Shown here: one piece after another, positions 56,154 through 64,000 of the stretch
How positions within the stretch are numbered: the first letter of the stretch is position 1
How the letters are laid out: every line of letters begins with the position of its first letter
Source: Alphaproteobacteria bacterium
Lineage (GTDB): Bacteria; Pseudomonadota; Alphaproteobacteria; VGEJ01
DNA: 64,000 nucleotides
Assembly (NCBI GenBank): GCA_965226045.1
Contig: CBDDBU010000027.1
Location: 18,003 to 82,002, forward strand
Direction of reading: 5' to 3'
Position numbers and translations under genes: made by a program
The notes under the pieces: generated by a model
What the model saw: only the letters and a program-made list of their open reading frames with translations
What the model was told of the DNA's origin: nothing
Databases searched by the model: none

Positions 56154-57473
56154 ATGCGAATTGCGATGATCGGGACCGGCTACGTCGGACTCGTATCCGG
56201 TGCCTGTTTTTCCGAGTTCGGCCACGAGGTCGCGTGCATCGACAAGGATGTCGACAAGATCGAGCGCCTCAAGCAGGGCCACATGACGATCTTCGAGCCT
56301 GGGCTCGATGCGCTCGTCAAGTCGAACTTTCGGGCGGGTCGGCTCTCCTTCGCCACGGATTTAGGAGACGCCGTGGCGGCTGCCGACGCCGTCTTTATCG
56401 CGGTGGGCACCCCCAGCCGGCGCGGCGATGGCGAGGCCGATGTGTCCTACGTGCTGGCTGCCGCCGAGGAGATCGGCGCGGCGCTGGCCGGTTACACGGT
56501 GGTGGTCTCTAAATCGACGGTACCGGTCGGCACCGGCCGCCAGGTCGAGGAGATCATCCGCGCGCGCCGTCCAGACGCCGACTTCGATATTGCGTCCAAC
56601 CCTGAGTTCTTGCGCGAGGGCTCGGCGATCGGCGATTTCATGCGGCCCGACCGCGTCGTCGTGGGCGCCGATTCCGAGCGGGCGCGGGCGCTCATGCGCG
56701 ACCTGTACCGTCCCCTGTTCTTGATCGAGACGCCGGTGATATTCACCGGTGTCGAAACAGCGGAGCTCACCAAATACGCGGCCAATACATTTCTCGCGAC
56801 CAAGATCACGTTCATCAATGAGATGGCGGATTTGTGCGAGAAGGTGGGCGCCGATGTCCATGACGTCGCGCGTGGCATGGGGCTCGACCAGCGCATCGGC
56901 CGCAAGTTTCTCCATCCCGGCCCCGGCTTTGGCGGCAGCTGCTTTCCCAAGGACTCCTTGGCGCTGACGCGGATCGCGGCGCGCTGGGAGGCGCCCTCGC
57001 GCATCGCCGAGGCCGTCGTGAGCGTCAACAATGACCGCAAGAAGAAAATGGCCGCCAAAGTCGTCGCGGCCTGTGGTGGCGATGTCGCGGGCAAGACCAT
57101 CGCGGTGCTTGGGCTCACTTTCAAGCCCAACACCGATGACATGCGCGACGCGCCTAGCCTCGACATTGTGCCGGCCTTGGTCGCCGCGGGCGCGCGGGTT
57201 CGCGCCTATGACCCCGAGGGCATGACCGAGGCGAAGACGCTGCTGGAGAATGTCGAGTGGTGCCAGGGTGCCTATGAGGCTATCGAAGGCGCGGACGCGC
57301 TGACCCTACTGACCGAGTGGAACGAGTTCCGGGCGCTCGATCTCGATCGCGTGCGTGGTCTGATGCAGGCGCCGCTGATTGTCGATCTGCGCAACGTCTA
57401 TGACCCGGCCACCATGGCAGCCGCAGGCTTCCACTACTTTAGCATCGGGCGCGCGGCGGTCGCCCCGGCCTAA
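56154..57473 (+). CDS. ugd: UDP-glucose 6-dehydrogenase
   Basis: MRIAMIGTGYVGLVSG...GGSCFPKD. Confidence 0.92.
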   Translation: MRIAMIGTGYVGLVSGACFSEFGHEVACIDKDVDKIERLKQGHMTIFEPGLDALVKSNFRAGRLSFATDLGDAVAAADAVFIAVGTPSRRGDGEADVSYVLAAAEEIGAALAGYTVVVSKSTVPVGTGRQVEEIIRARRPDADFDIASNPEFLREGSAIGDFMRPDRVVVGADSERARALMRDLYRPLFLIETPVIFTGVETAELTKYAANTFLATKITFINEMADLCEKVGADVHDVARGMGLDQRIGRKFLHPGPGFGGSCFPKDSLALTRIAARWEAPSRIAEAVVSVNNDRKKKMAAKVVAACGGDVAGKTIAVLGLTFKPNTDDMRDAPSLDIVPALVAAGARVRAYDPEGMTEAKTLLENVEWCQGAYEAIEGADALTLLTEWNEFRALDLDRVRGLMQAPLIVDLRNVYDPATMAAAGFHYFSIGRAAVAPA

Positions 57474-57488
57474 GACCAGGCCGGCCCG

Positions 57489-58739
57489 CTAGCGGTCGCC
57501 TTGCCCCAAGGGGGCCGGCGGCGGCACCGCCAGGCAGTCCATCGCGTGCGCCCGTAGCGCGCGACAAGCCTGGCGCGCCTCGTCTTCGCTGAGGCCGATG
57601 AGACGAGCGCGGAACAGCGCACGCGGCGCCGCGACGATGGCGATGCGAGCACCGGCGAGCAGGTCGGGGGCGGTTCGAGAGACCGTGCGCAGGTGGGTCT
57701 GAGCGCGCTCAATCGTGCTGAAAGCGCCCACCTGAACGCCCCAATCCTCATCGACCCTCGGCCCCTCGCTCCCGGGCGCCATGGCCTCGATGCTGGCTGT
57801 CTCATCGACCGCGGAGTCGATCTCTCGCGGGGTGCCGCCGCCCGCCTCAATGCCCGCGACCTGGTCCGGGGTGGGCCTGACACCGGGTCGTGGGGCGGCC
57901 AGGCGGGTGAACGCGCTGTCGAGGAGTACCCTCGCATGGGCATCGCGCGAGCGCGCCGACTTGCCGCCCAGAACCACCGCGATCACGCGCCTGCCGTTCC
58001 GTTCGACCGACGCCACGACGTTGAATCCGGAGGCATTGATGTAGCCGGTCTTGATGCCGTCCGTGCCTTCGTAGGTGCCGAGCAGGCGGTTGTGGCTGCG
58101 GTAGGTCTGGCCCTTGTACTCATAGGATCTCGTCGAGAAATAGCGGTAGCGGCCCGGGAAATCGCGGATCAGCGCTTGGGCGAGGATCGACATATCCCGT
58201 GCGGTGCTGTGTTGCTGGCGATTGGGCAGGCCCGAGGCGTTGCGAAACGTCGTGTTCCGCATCCCCAATCGACGGGCCATGGCGGTCATTCGTTGGGCGA
58301 AAGCCGGCTCGCTGCCGCCCAGTGCTTCGGCGAGCGCGATGGCGGCGTCGTTCGCGGATTTCGTGATCAGCGTCATGATCACGTCCTTGACCTTGATTCG
58401 TTCGCCTCGCCTGAGGCCCAGCTTTGATGACGGTGCGCTCGCCGCTCGTTTGGAAACCACGATCTTGGTCGCGAGGTCAACCTCGCCCCGCTTGATCGCG
58501 TCGAAGGCGAGGTAGAGGGTCATCATCTTGGTCAGCGAGGCGGGATAGCGGGGCGCGTCGGCGCTCCTCGCGAACAACACCTCGCCCGATCCCACGTCGA
58601 TAACGATGGCGGCATACTTGGCGGCGACGGCCGCCGAACCACTGTGGCTCAGCAGCGCCAAGGCCATAACCGAGCCTAGAATCCGGCCCAAAACCCGGTG
58701 GCGACGCGGGACAATCATTCTAGCGGACACCTCAACCAA
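57489..58739 (-). CDS. D-alanyl-D-alanine carboxypeptidase (peptidase S11) with C-terminal SPOR domain
   Basis: SLTKMMT (SxxK), SGN, KTG motifs; C-terminal WGVQVGAFS...ARLIGL SPOR-like region. Confidence 0.88.
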   Translation of the reverse strand: MVEVSARMIVPRRHRVLGRILGSVMALALLSHSGSAAVAAKYAAIVIDVGSGEVLFARSADAPRYPASLTKMMTLYLAFDAIKRGEVDLATKIVVSKRAASAPSSKLGLRRGERIKVKDVIMTLITKSANDAAIALAEALGGSEPAFAQRMTAMARRLGMRNTTFRNASGLPNRQQHSTARDMSILAQALIRDFPGRYRYFSTRSYEYKGQTYRSHNRLLGTYEGTDGIKTGYINASGFNVVASVERNGRRVIAVVLGGKSARSRDAHARVLLDSAFTRLAAPRPGVRPTPDQVAGIEAGGGTPREIDSAVDETASIEAMAPGSEGPRVDEDWGVQVGAFSTIERAQTHLRTVSRTAPDLLAGARIAIVAAPRALFRARLIGLSEDEARQACRALRAHAMDCLAVPPPAPLGQGDR

Positions 58740-58926
58740 CTTCGCCAGAACCCGCCCCAGCGCATCTCCCTGTCACGACCCGAGCCGTGAAGCTCACCAT
58801 TGTGGCCGAATTGTGGCCGCCCCCATATTAGGTAAATCAGGATTCTCTGTCCATCGGCCCCCTTACGCGCCCCTCGGGGCGAGGCGACGCTCGTTGACAT
58901 ATGCACGGGCTGCCCCACCTTTGATC

Positions 58927-59385
58927 GTGGTGATTGATATCACGCATCTTCATCAGGCGGCCGCTCCGCTGTGCCTATCGCTGGCTCTTATGCTGGCCGG
59001 CTGCGCCGTGGCCGGCCAGCCGCGTGATCCCTTGACCCGAGCGCTCGCATGGTTCGGCTATCTTGCCGGCGACGATATTCGCGGCGCTTGCCGCGCGGGT
59101 CTCGATCGCTATCGGTTCGTGTACAACGCCGTCTACACCGAGCAGGTGAGAGCCTACGACCTGAGTATTGACGCCGACGGGGCCGGCGTGCTCGATACCA
59201 CCGTCTTTGGCGGCATAGAAGTGGCGGAGATACCGCGCCGCGATCCACTGCCGACGTGGTTTGGCAGGCCGAGCCGCGCGGCCATGGCGACGCACGATGT
59301 CGCGGCGCTTCTCTGGGCGCTCGATGCCAGCGGTTTCGACGATCCACCACCATTTGGTGTGCGCCTTGATTCGGGCGGTTTTTAG
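58927..59385 (+). CDS. Hypothetical lipoprotein (lipobox LAGC)
   Basis: LCLSLALMLAGCAV signal plus lipobox. Start is ambiguous (TTG 58921, GTG 58927 or 58930); the upstream part of the six-frame ORF overlaps the PBP gene. Confidence 0.5.
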   Translation: MVIDITHLHQAAAPLCLSLALMLAGCAVAGQPRDPLTRALAWFGYLAGDDIRGACRAGLDRYRFVYNAVYTEQVRAYDLSIDADGAGVLDTTVFGGIEVAEIPRRDPLPTWFGRPSRAAMATHDVAALLWALDASGFDDPPPFGVRLDSGGF

Positions 59386-59786
59386 TGGGCCGTCGTCGCC
59401 TGCCGGAGCGGGCGCTTCGATTTCAACGCATTCGCCGCGCCGGGCGCCCGTTTCGACCGGGTCGCATTCCTTGAGCCTTTGCTCGCCCACGACCGCACGG
59501 GCGTGATGGTCAACCGCGTAAGCGCCCGGCCCGTACGCGGAATGGATCGGCCCGGCCGGCCGTCGCACGAAGCTGCGGCTGCGGGTGGACCGAGTTTTAT
59601 GTTCAAAGTCAGTGAGTTGGGAATTGTCTATCACAGCAACCCGTAAGTTGCGGGGCGGCCGTGATGGCTTGCAATCGGTGCGCGAATCCGGTGCAATCCG
59701 TGGCAAGTGGGCTTCCAACTCGGGGCCCGCTTCCGATATTAATAGTCGGCTAAGCGGGCCGGCGGCAAGATGACGAACGAGCGGCT

Positions 59787-60116
59787 ATGAGCGATCACGA
59801 CAGCGGAAATGATGGGGAGGGCCCGACCACCGGCGTTATCACCAAGACGGAGCCGAAGACCAAGAAGCCCTCGCTCTACAAGGTCCTTTTGCTCAATGAT
59901 GATTACACCCCAATGGAATTCGTGGTCTATGTCCTGGAACACTTCTTCCACAAGACTCGGGAGGAGGCGACCCGCGTCATGCTTCATGTCCATCAGCGCG
60001 GTATCGGCATTTGCGGCGTGTTCACGTATGAGGTTGCGGAGACCAAGGTGAGCCAGGTGGTCGACTTCGCTCGCCAGAATCAGCATCCTCTGCAGTGCAC
60101 GATGGAGAAAGAATAG
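59787..60116 (+). CDS. clpS: ATP-dependent Clp protease adaptor ClpS
   Basis: [21 protein letters not shown]. Confidence 0.93.
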   Translation: MSDHDSGNDGEGPTTGVITKTEPKTKKPSLYKVLLLNDDYTPMEFVVYVLEHFFHKTREEATRVMLHVHQRGIGICGVFTYEVAETKVSQVVDFARQNQHPLQCTMEKE

Positions 60117-60131
60117 CGGGCGGAGGATCGG

Positions 60132-62465
60132 GTGCCGAGTTTTTCACGAGATTTGGAGAAGACGCTGCACAGGGCGCTTGCGCTCGCCAATGAGCGGCGG
60201 CACGAATTCGTGACCCTTGAGCATCTGTTGTTGTCCCTCACCGAGGATGGCGACGGCGTCGCGGTCATGCGCGCCTGTGGTGTCGAGATCGATCGTCTGC
60301 GCGAACAGCTGGTGCTCTGCCTTGACGAGGAACTCACCAATCTCGTCGTCGACGCGGAGACCGATGCCAAACCCACGGCCGGTTTCCAGCGGGTGGTGCA
60401 GCGTGCCCTGATCCACGTCCAGTCCTCGGGTCGCGACGACGTGACCGGGGCCAACATCGTGGTGGCAATGTTCTCCGAGCGGGAGTCACGCTCGGTCTAT
60501 TTCCTGCAAGAGCACGAGATGTCGCGCCTTGATGCCGTCAACTACATCTCGCACGGCATCGCCAAGGTGCCAGGCCGCGCCGAACAACGCCGCGTTCGTG
60601 GCGCCGAGGAAGAGACCGATGAGGAGGGCTCGAATAGGCCCGACGGCGAGGCGCTTAGCGCCTACTGCGTCAACCTCAACGACAAGGCCCTCGAGGGCAA
60701 GATCGACCCCCTGATCGGTCGTGAGGCCGAGATCGAGCGGACCATCCAGATCCTGTGCCGGCGCTCCAAGAACAATCCCCTGTTCGTTGGTGAGCCCGGC
60801 GTCGGCAAGACCGCGATCGCTGAGGGGCTGGCCCGCCGCATCATCCTGGACGAGGTGCCCGAGGTGCTGCGCGACGCGACCATCTTCTGCCTCGACATGG
60901 GCAGCCTGTTGGCGGGGACGCGCTATCGCGGCGATTTCGAGGAGCGGGTGAAGATGGTGCTCGCCGAGCTCGACGAGCACGAGGGCGCGATCCTGTTCAT
61001 CGATGAGATCCACACCGTGATCGGCGCCGGGGCGACCAGCGGCGGCGCCATGGACGCCTCGAACCTGCTCAAGCCAGCGCTGGCCAGCGGCACGCTGCGC
61101 TGCATGGGATCGACCACCTACAAGGAGTTCCGCAATTACTTCGAGAAGGACCGGGCGCTGCTGCGGCGCTTCCAAAAGATCGACGTGGTCGAGCCGTCGG
61201 TCGAGGACGCGATCAAGATCCTGCGCGGCCTCAAGCCCTACTACGAACAGTTCCACAAGGTCCGCTACACCAACCGCGCGATCCGGGCTGCCGTCGACCT
61301 CGCTGCACGCTACATCCACGACCGCAAGCTGCCCGACAAGGCGATCGACGTGATCGACGAGGTCGGCGCCTCGCAAATGTTGGTGCCCGCCCACCGCCGG
61401 CGTCGCACGATCGGCGTCAAGGAGATCGAGGCGGTGGTCGCCAAGATCGCGCGGATTCCGCCCAAATCGGTCTCGAAGAGCGATATGGAGTCGCTGCGCA
61501 ACCTCGATGTCGAGCTGCGCCGGGTGGTGTTCGGGCAGGACAAGGCGATCGAGGAGCTGGCGAGCGCGATCAAGCTGGCGCGGGCCGGTTTGCGCGAGCC
61601 CGAAAAGCCGATCGGCTGCTATTTGTTCTCGGGCCCCACCGGAGTCGGCAAGACCGAGGTGGCGCGCCAGCTCTCTCGCATCATGGGCGTCGAGCTGACC
61701 CGCTTCGACATGTCGGAGTACATGGAGCGCCACACCGTCTCGCGGCTGTTGGGCGCGCCGCCCGGCTATGTCGGCTTTGACCAGGGCGGCCTGCTGACCG
61801 ACGCCATCGACCAACACCCCCACTGCGTTTTGTTGTTGGACGAGATCGAGAAAGCGCACCCGGACCTGTTCAACGTCCTGTTGCAGGTCATGGACCATGG
61901 CAAGCTGACCGACCACAACGGTAAGGCGGTCGATTTCCGCAATGTCGTCCTGATCATGACCACCAACGCCGGGGCCCAAGAAATGAGCGCCCAGGCGATC
62001 GGCTTCGGGCGGGGTCTGAAAGAGGGCGAGGACGAGGCGGCGGTCAAGCGCCTGTTCACGCCCGAGTTCCGCAATCGCCTCGACGCGACCATACGGTTCG
62101 CGGCCCTGAGCCCGCCGATCATCGCCCGCGTCGTCGACAAGTTCGTGAATGCGCTCGAGGTTCAACTCAAGGATCGCGGCGTACGCATCGCGCTCACCGA
62201 CGAGGCGCGCAAGTGGCTGTCGAAAAAGGGCTACGACTCGGTCTATGGCGCCCGCCCGCTCGCTCGCACCATTCAGGAGCACATCAAGCGGCCGCTGGCC
62301 GATGAGCTGCTGTTCGGCCAACTCGCCAAGGGCGGCCAAGTGACGGTGCGGATCGAGGACGACAAACCCGTCTTCAGCTACGAGCAGCCGGTCGCGCCCA
62401 AACCACGGCCCAAAAAGAAAGGCACCCGCCGCGGCCCCGGCAAGGTCTCCGAACTGGTCGAATAG
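60132..62465 (+). CDS. clpA: ATP-dependent Clp protease ATP-binding subunit ClpA
   Basis: Two AAA+ modules (GEPGVGKTA; GPTGVGKTE). Confidence 0.95.
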   Translation: MPSFSRDLEKTLHRALALANERRHEFVTLEHLLLSLTEDGDGVAVMRACGVEIDRLREQLVLCLDEELTNLVVDAETDAKPTAGFQRVVQRALIHVQSSGRDDVTGANIVVAMFSERESRSVYFLQEHEMSRLDAVNYISHGIAKVPGRAEQRRVRGAEEETDEEGSNRPDGEALSAYCVNLNDKALEGKIDPLIGREAEIERTIQILCRRSKNNPLFVGEPGVGKTAIAEGLARRIILDEVPEVLRDATIFCLDMGSLLAGTRYRGDFEERVKMVLAELDEHEGAILFIDEIHTVIGAGATSGGAMDASNLLKPALASGTLRCMGSTTYKEFRNYFEKDRALLRRFQKIDVVEPSVEDAIKILRGLKPYYEQFHKVRYTNRAIRAAVDLAARYIHDRKLPDKAIDVIDEVGASQMLVPAHRRRRTIGVKEIEAVVAKIARIPPKSVSKSDMESLRNLDVELRRVVFGQDKAIEELASAIKLARAGLREPEKPIGCYLFSGPTGVGKTEVARQLSRIMGVELTRFDMSEYMERHTVSRLLGAPPGYVGFDQGGLLTDAIDQHPHCVLLLDEIEKAHPDLFNVLLQVMDHGKLTDHNGKAVDFRNVVLIMTTNAGAQEMSAQAIGFGRGLKEGEDEAAVKRLFTPEFRNRLDATIRFAALSPPIIARVVDKFVNALEVQLKDRGVRIALTDEARKWLSKKGYDSVYGARPLARTIQEHIKRPLADELLFGQLAKGGQVTVRIEDDKPVFSYEQPVAPKPRPKKKGTRRGPGKVSELVE

Positions 62466-62483
62466 ACGGCCGCCCGCTCCGGT

Positions 62484-62518
62484 CATCCTGAGGGCGCGCC
62501 ACGCGAGCATCCAGGATG
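62484..62518 (+). other. Hairpin after the clpA stop (CATCCTG...CAGGATG), no U-tract
   Basis: 8-bp stem. Shares the 11-mer TCATCCTGAGG with the TIRs of the GIY-YIG element. Confidence 0.3.
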
Positions 62519-62630
62519 CCGCTTGGACGCGAAACAACAGACCTGATGCTGAGGAACCGAGGGCGTGAAGTGTTTAAAGCCCACCCTCTAAGCTGCCGGG
62601 CTTCGCCCGAAACGGCATGGCACGCCGCCG

Positions 62631-63336
62631 ATGACGAGGATCGTGACGAATCGGCTGTTGGCCGCCCTTTTGTGCCTGGCGCCGTGGCCGGGATCGGCGC
62701 ACGCGGAGTCGTCGGAGTTGTTGGCCGCATACCACCGGTACGCGGACCTCGACGCCGAAGGCCGCTACGATGATGCCCTGCCCTTCGCCGAGGAGGCGTT
62801 GCGCCTGGGCGAGGCGGAGCTACGCCCCGACCACCCGACCAACGCCGCCCTGCTCAGCAACCTCGCTCAGCTCTATCACCACCAAAGGCCGCCACGCCGA
62901 TGCCGAGCCGCTGTTTAGGCGGGTGCTGGCGATCGACGAGAGTGCCCTGGGCCCCGAGCATTCCGGTTTGGCGTCCGATCTCATCAACCTGGCTGGGATG
63001 TATTACGTCCAGGGCCGATACGTCGAGGCCGAGTCACTTATGAAGCGGGCGCTGGCGATCGACGAGAAGGCCTTGGGTCCAAAGCACTTCGGTCTGGCGA
63101 CCGACCTCGAGAACTACGCGGCACTGTTGTGGAGGCTAGGGCGGGTGGCGCGGGCTACCGAAATGGAGCGCCGCGCCGCGAAGGCCCGGTCCTTCTCCGT
63201 GCGGGCGCTGGCTGTACCGGCTTCAACGCGAATGCGGCGAGGCCCAGCCGCGGCGCGAGAGGACGGGCAAACGACGAGAACGCGCTGGGCCCGCAGTGTG
63301 GAACGGCGTGCAAAGTTGACCCCTGTTGAGGGGTGA
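62631..63336 (+). pseudogene. Secreted TPR-repeat protein, frameshifted (+1 A in a CAAA run near 62885)
   Basis: Signal peptide, then the TPR signature is split across two frames (...LSNLAQLYHHQ | GRHADAEPLFRRVLAIDE...). Confidence 0.65.
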
Positions 63337-63338
63337 TC

Positions 63339-63433
63339 GGCGTCCAAATTTGATGGAGTGGACGCCTCCTCCCGACGGCATCGCAGTGTGCCAAGGTGGT
63401 GGCGTGACCAACCCCCGGAGGAGGAGGCGTCCA
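63339..63433 (+). repeat. Nested palindromes (GGCGTCCA/TGGACGCC; TGGACGCCTCCTCC/GGAGGAGGCGTCCA) at the probable IS110 left boundary
   Basis: A 14-bp perfect inverted repeat whose right arm abuts the transposase ATG. Confidence 0.4.
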
Positions 63434-64000
63434 TGGAACAGGTTAACATCATCGGGATCGATCTGGCGAAGCGCAGCTTTCAACTTCACGGTGCTCGGGC
63501 GGACGGTTCGGTCGCGTTCCGCAGGAAGGTGAGCCGGGAGAGGCTGCTGTACATTCTCGGCGCGCAGCAGCGATGCGTGGTGGCGATGGAGGCCTGTGCG
63601 AGCGCCCACTACTGGGGCCGGGAGATTTTGAAGCTCGGCCACGAAGTGAGGTTGGTCCCGCCGATCTACGTGAAGCCGTTCGTGAAGCGGCAGAAGAACG
63701 ACGCGGCGGACGCGGAGGCGATCTGCGAGGCGGCGCAGCGCCCGACCATGCGCTTCGTGGCGGTGAAGGGGGAAGAGCAACAGGCAAGAGCGATGCTGTT
63801 CCACACGCGCGATCTTCTGGTGCGCCAGCGCACGCAGACGATCAACGCGCTACGTGGCCACCTGGCAGAGTTCGGCGTCATCGCGCCGCAGGGTGTGGCT
63901 CATGTCGGTCGGCTGGCATCGGCACTCGAGGATCCGGGTTCGGGACTACCGGGAGCGGTCCGCGCGCTGGGTGGCGTTCTGCTCGGTCAGATCGCTGACC
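63433..64000 (+). CDS. IS110-family transposase, 3'-truncated by the window end
   Basis: MEQVNIIGIDLAKRSFQLHGARADGSV...VAMEACASAHYWGREI (DEDD/RuvC-like N-domain). Confidence 0.85.
   Translation, partial: MEQVNIIGIDLAKRSFQLHGARADGSVAFRRKVSRERLLYILGAQQRCVVAMEACASAHYWGREILKLGHEVRLVPPIYVKPFVKRQKNDAADAEAICEAAQRPTMRFVAVKGEEQQARAMLFHTRDLLVRQRTQTINALRGHLAEFGVIAPQGVAHVGRLASALEDPGSGLPGAVRALGGVLLGQIAD

Overview
High-GC (~65%) alphaproteobacterial chromosomal segment; the order could not be determined from this window. The first ~25 kb are an unbroken, same-strand core block: the 3' end of rpoB, rpoC, the str operon (rpsL-rpsG-fusA-tuf) and the S10/spc/alpha ribosomal-protein operons through rplQ, including secY and adk (with a Cys4 zinc lid). 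Most junctions are 4-bp ATGA/TGATG stop-start overlaps and none of these genes is frameshifted. rpmJ and infA are absent here, as in many alphaproteobacteria.

Downstream the content becomes accessory-like:
- A DegP-like protease and rarA are translationally coupled to a predicted RNase-H-like (DUF429-like) gene. That gene is split by a 1.69-kb IS1182/IS5-like insertion at a CTAG site; the IS carries internal ~62-bp tandem repeats.
- crcB, an RluA-family pseudouridine synthase, a HAD hydrolase and an ATP12-family protein follow.
- Propionyl-CoA carboxylase (pccB/pccA) is interrupted in its intergenic space by a ~0.4-kb element: a small GIY-YIG nuclease ORF flanked by ~47-bp imperfect terminal inverted repeats.
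- Then acylphosphatase, a standalone B3/4-domain protein, lipB on the minus strand, an orphan FliN/SpoA-domain mini-gene with an in-frame TAA, tRNA-Leu(GAG) and maeB.
- A leucine-catabolism cluster follows: ivd, a DsbA-like isomerase, then an AT-rich promoter/operator island, then MCC-beta, MG-CoA hydratase and MCC-alpha. Beside it lie DUF1489, a minus-strand leucine dehydrogenase carrying two frameshifts, a frameshifted MipA/OmpV gene, and an FAD oxidoreductase containing a G11 homopolymer.
- The remainder holds DUF3179, a VWA plus membrane J-domain gene pair, galU-ugd, an S11 DD-carboxypeptidase with a SPOR domain, a lipoprotein, clpS-clpA, a frameshifted TPR gene, and the 5' part of an IS110-family transposase preceded by nested palindromes.

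No rRNA, CRISPR array or prophage was seen. Coordinates of non-ORF features are accurate to about +/-2 nt because they were read by eye. The most novel-looking item is the TIR-flanked GIY-YIG element; no larger undescribed multi-gene system is evident.
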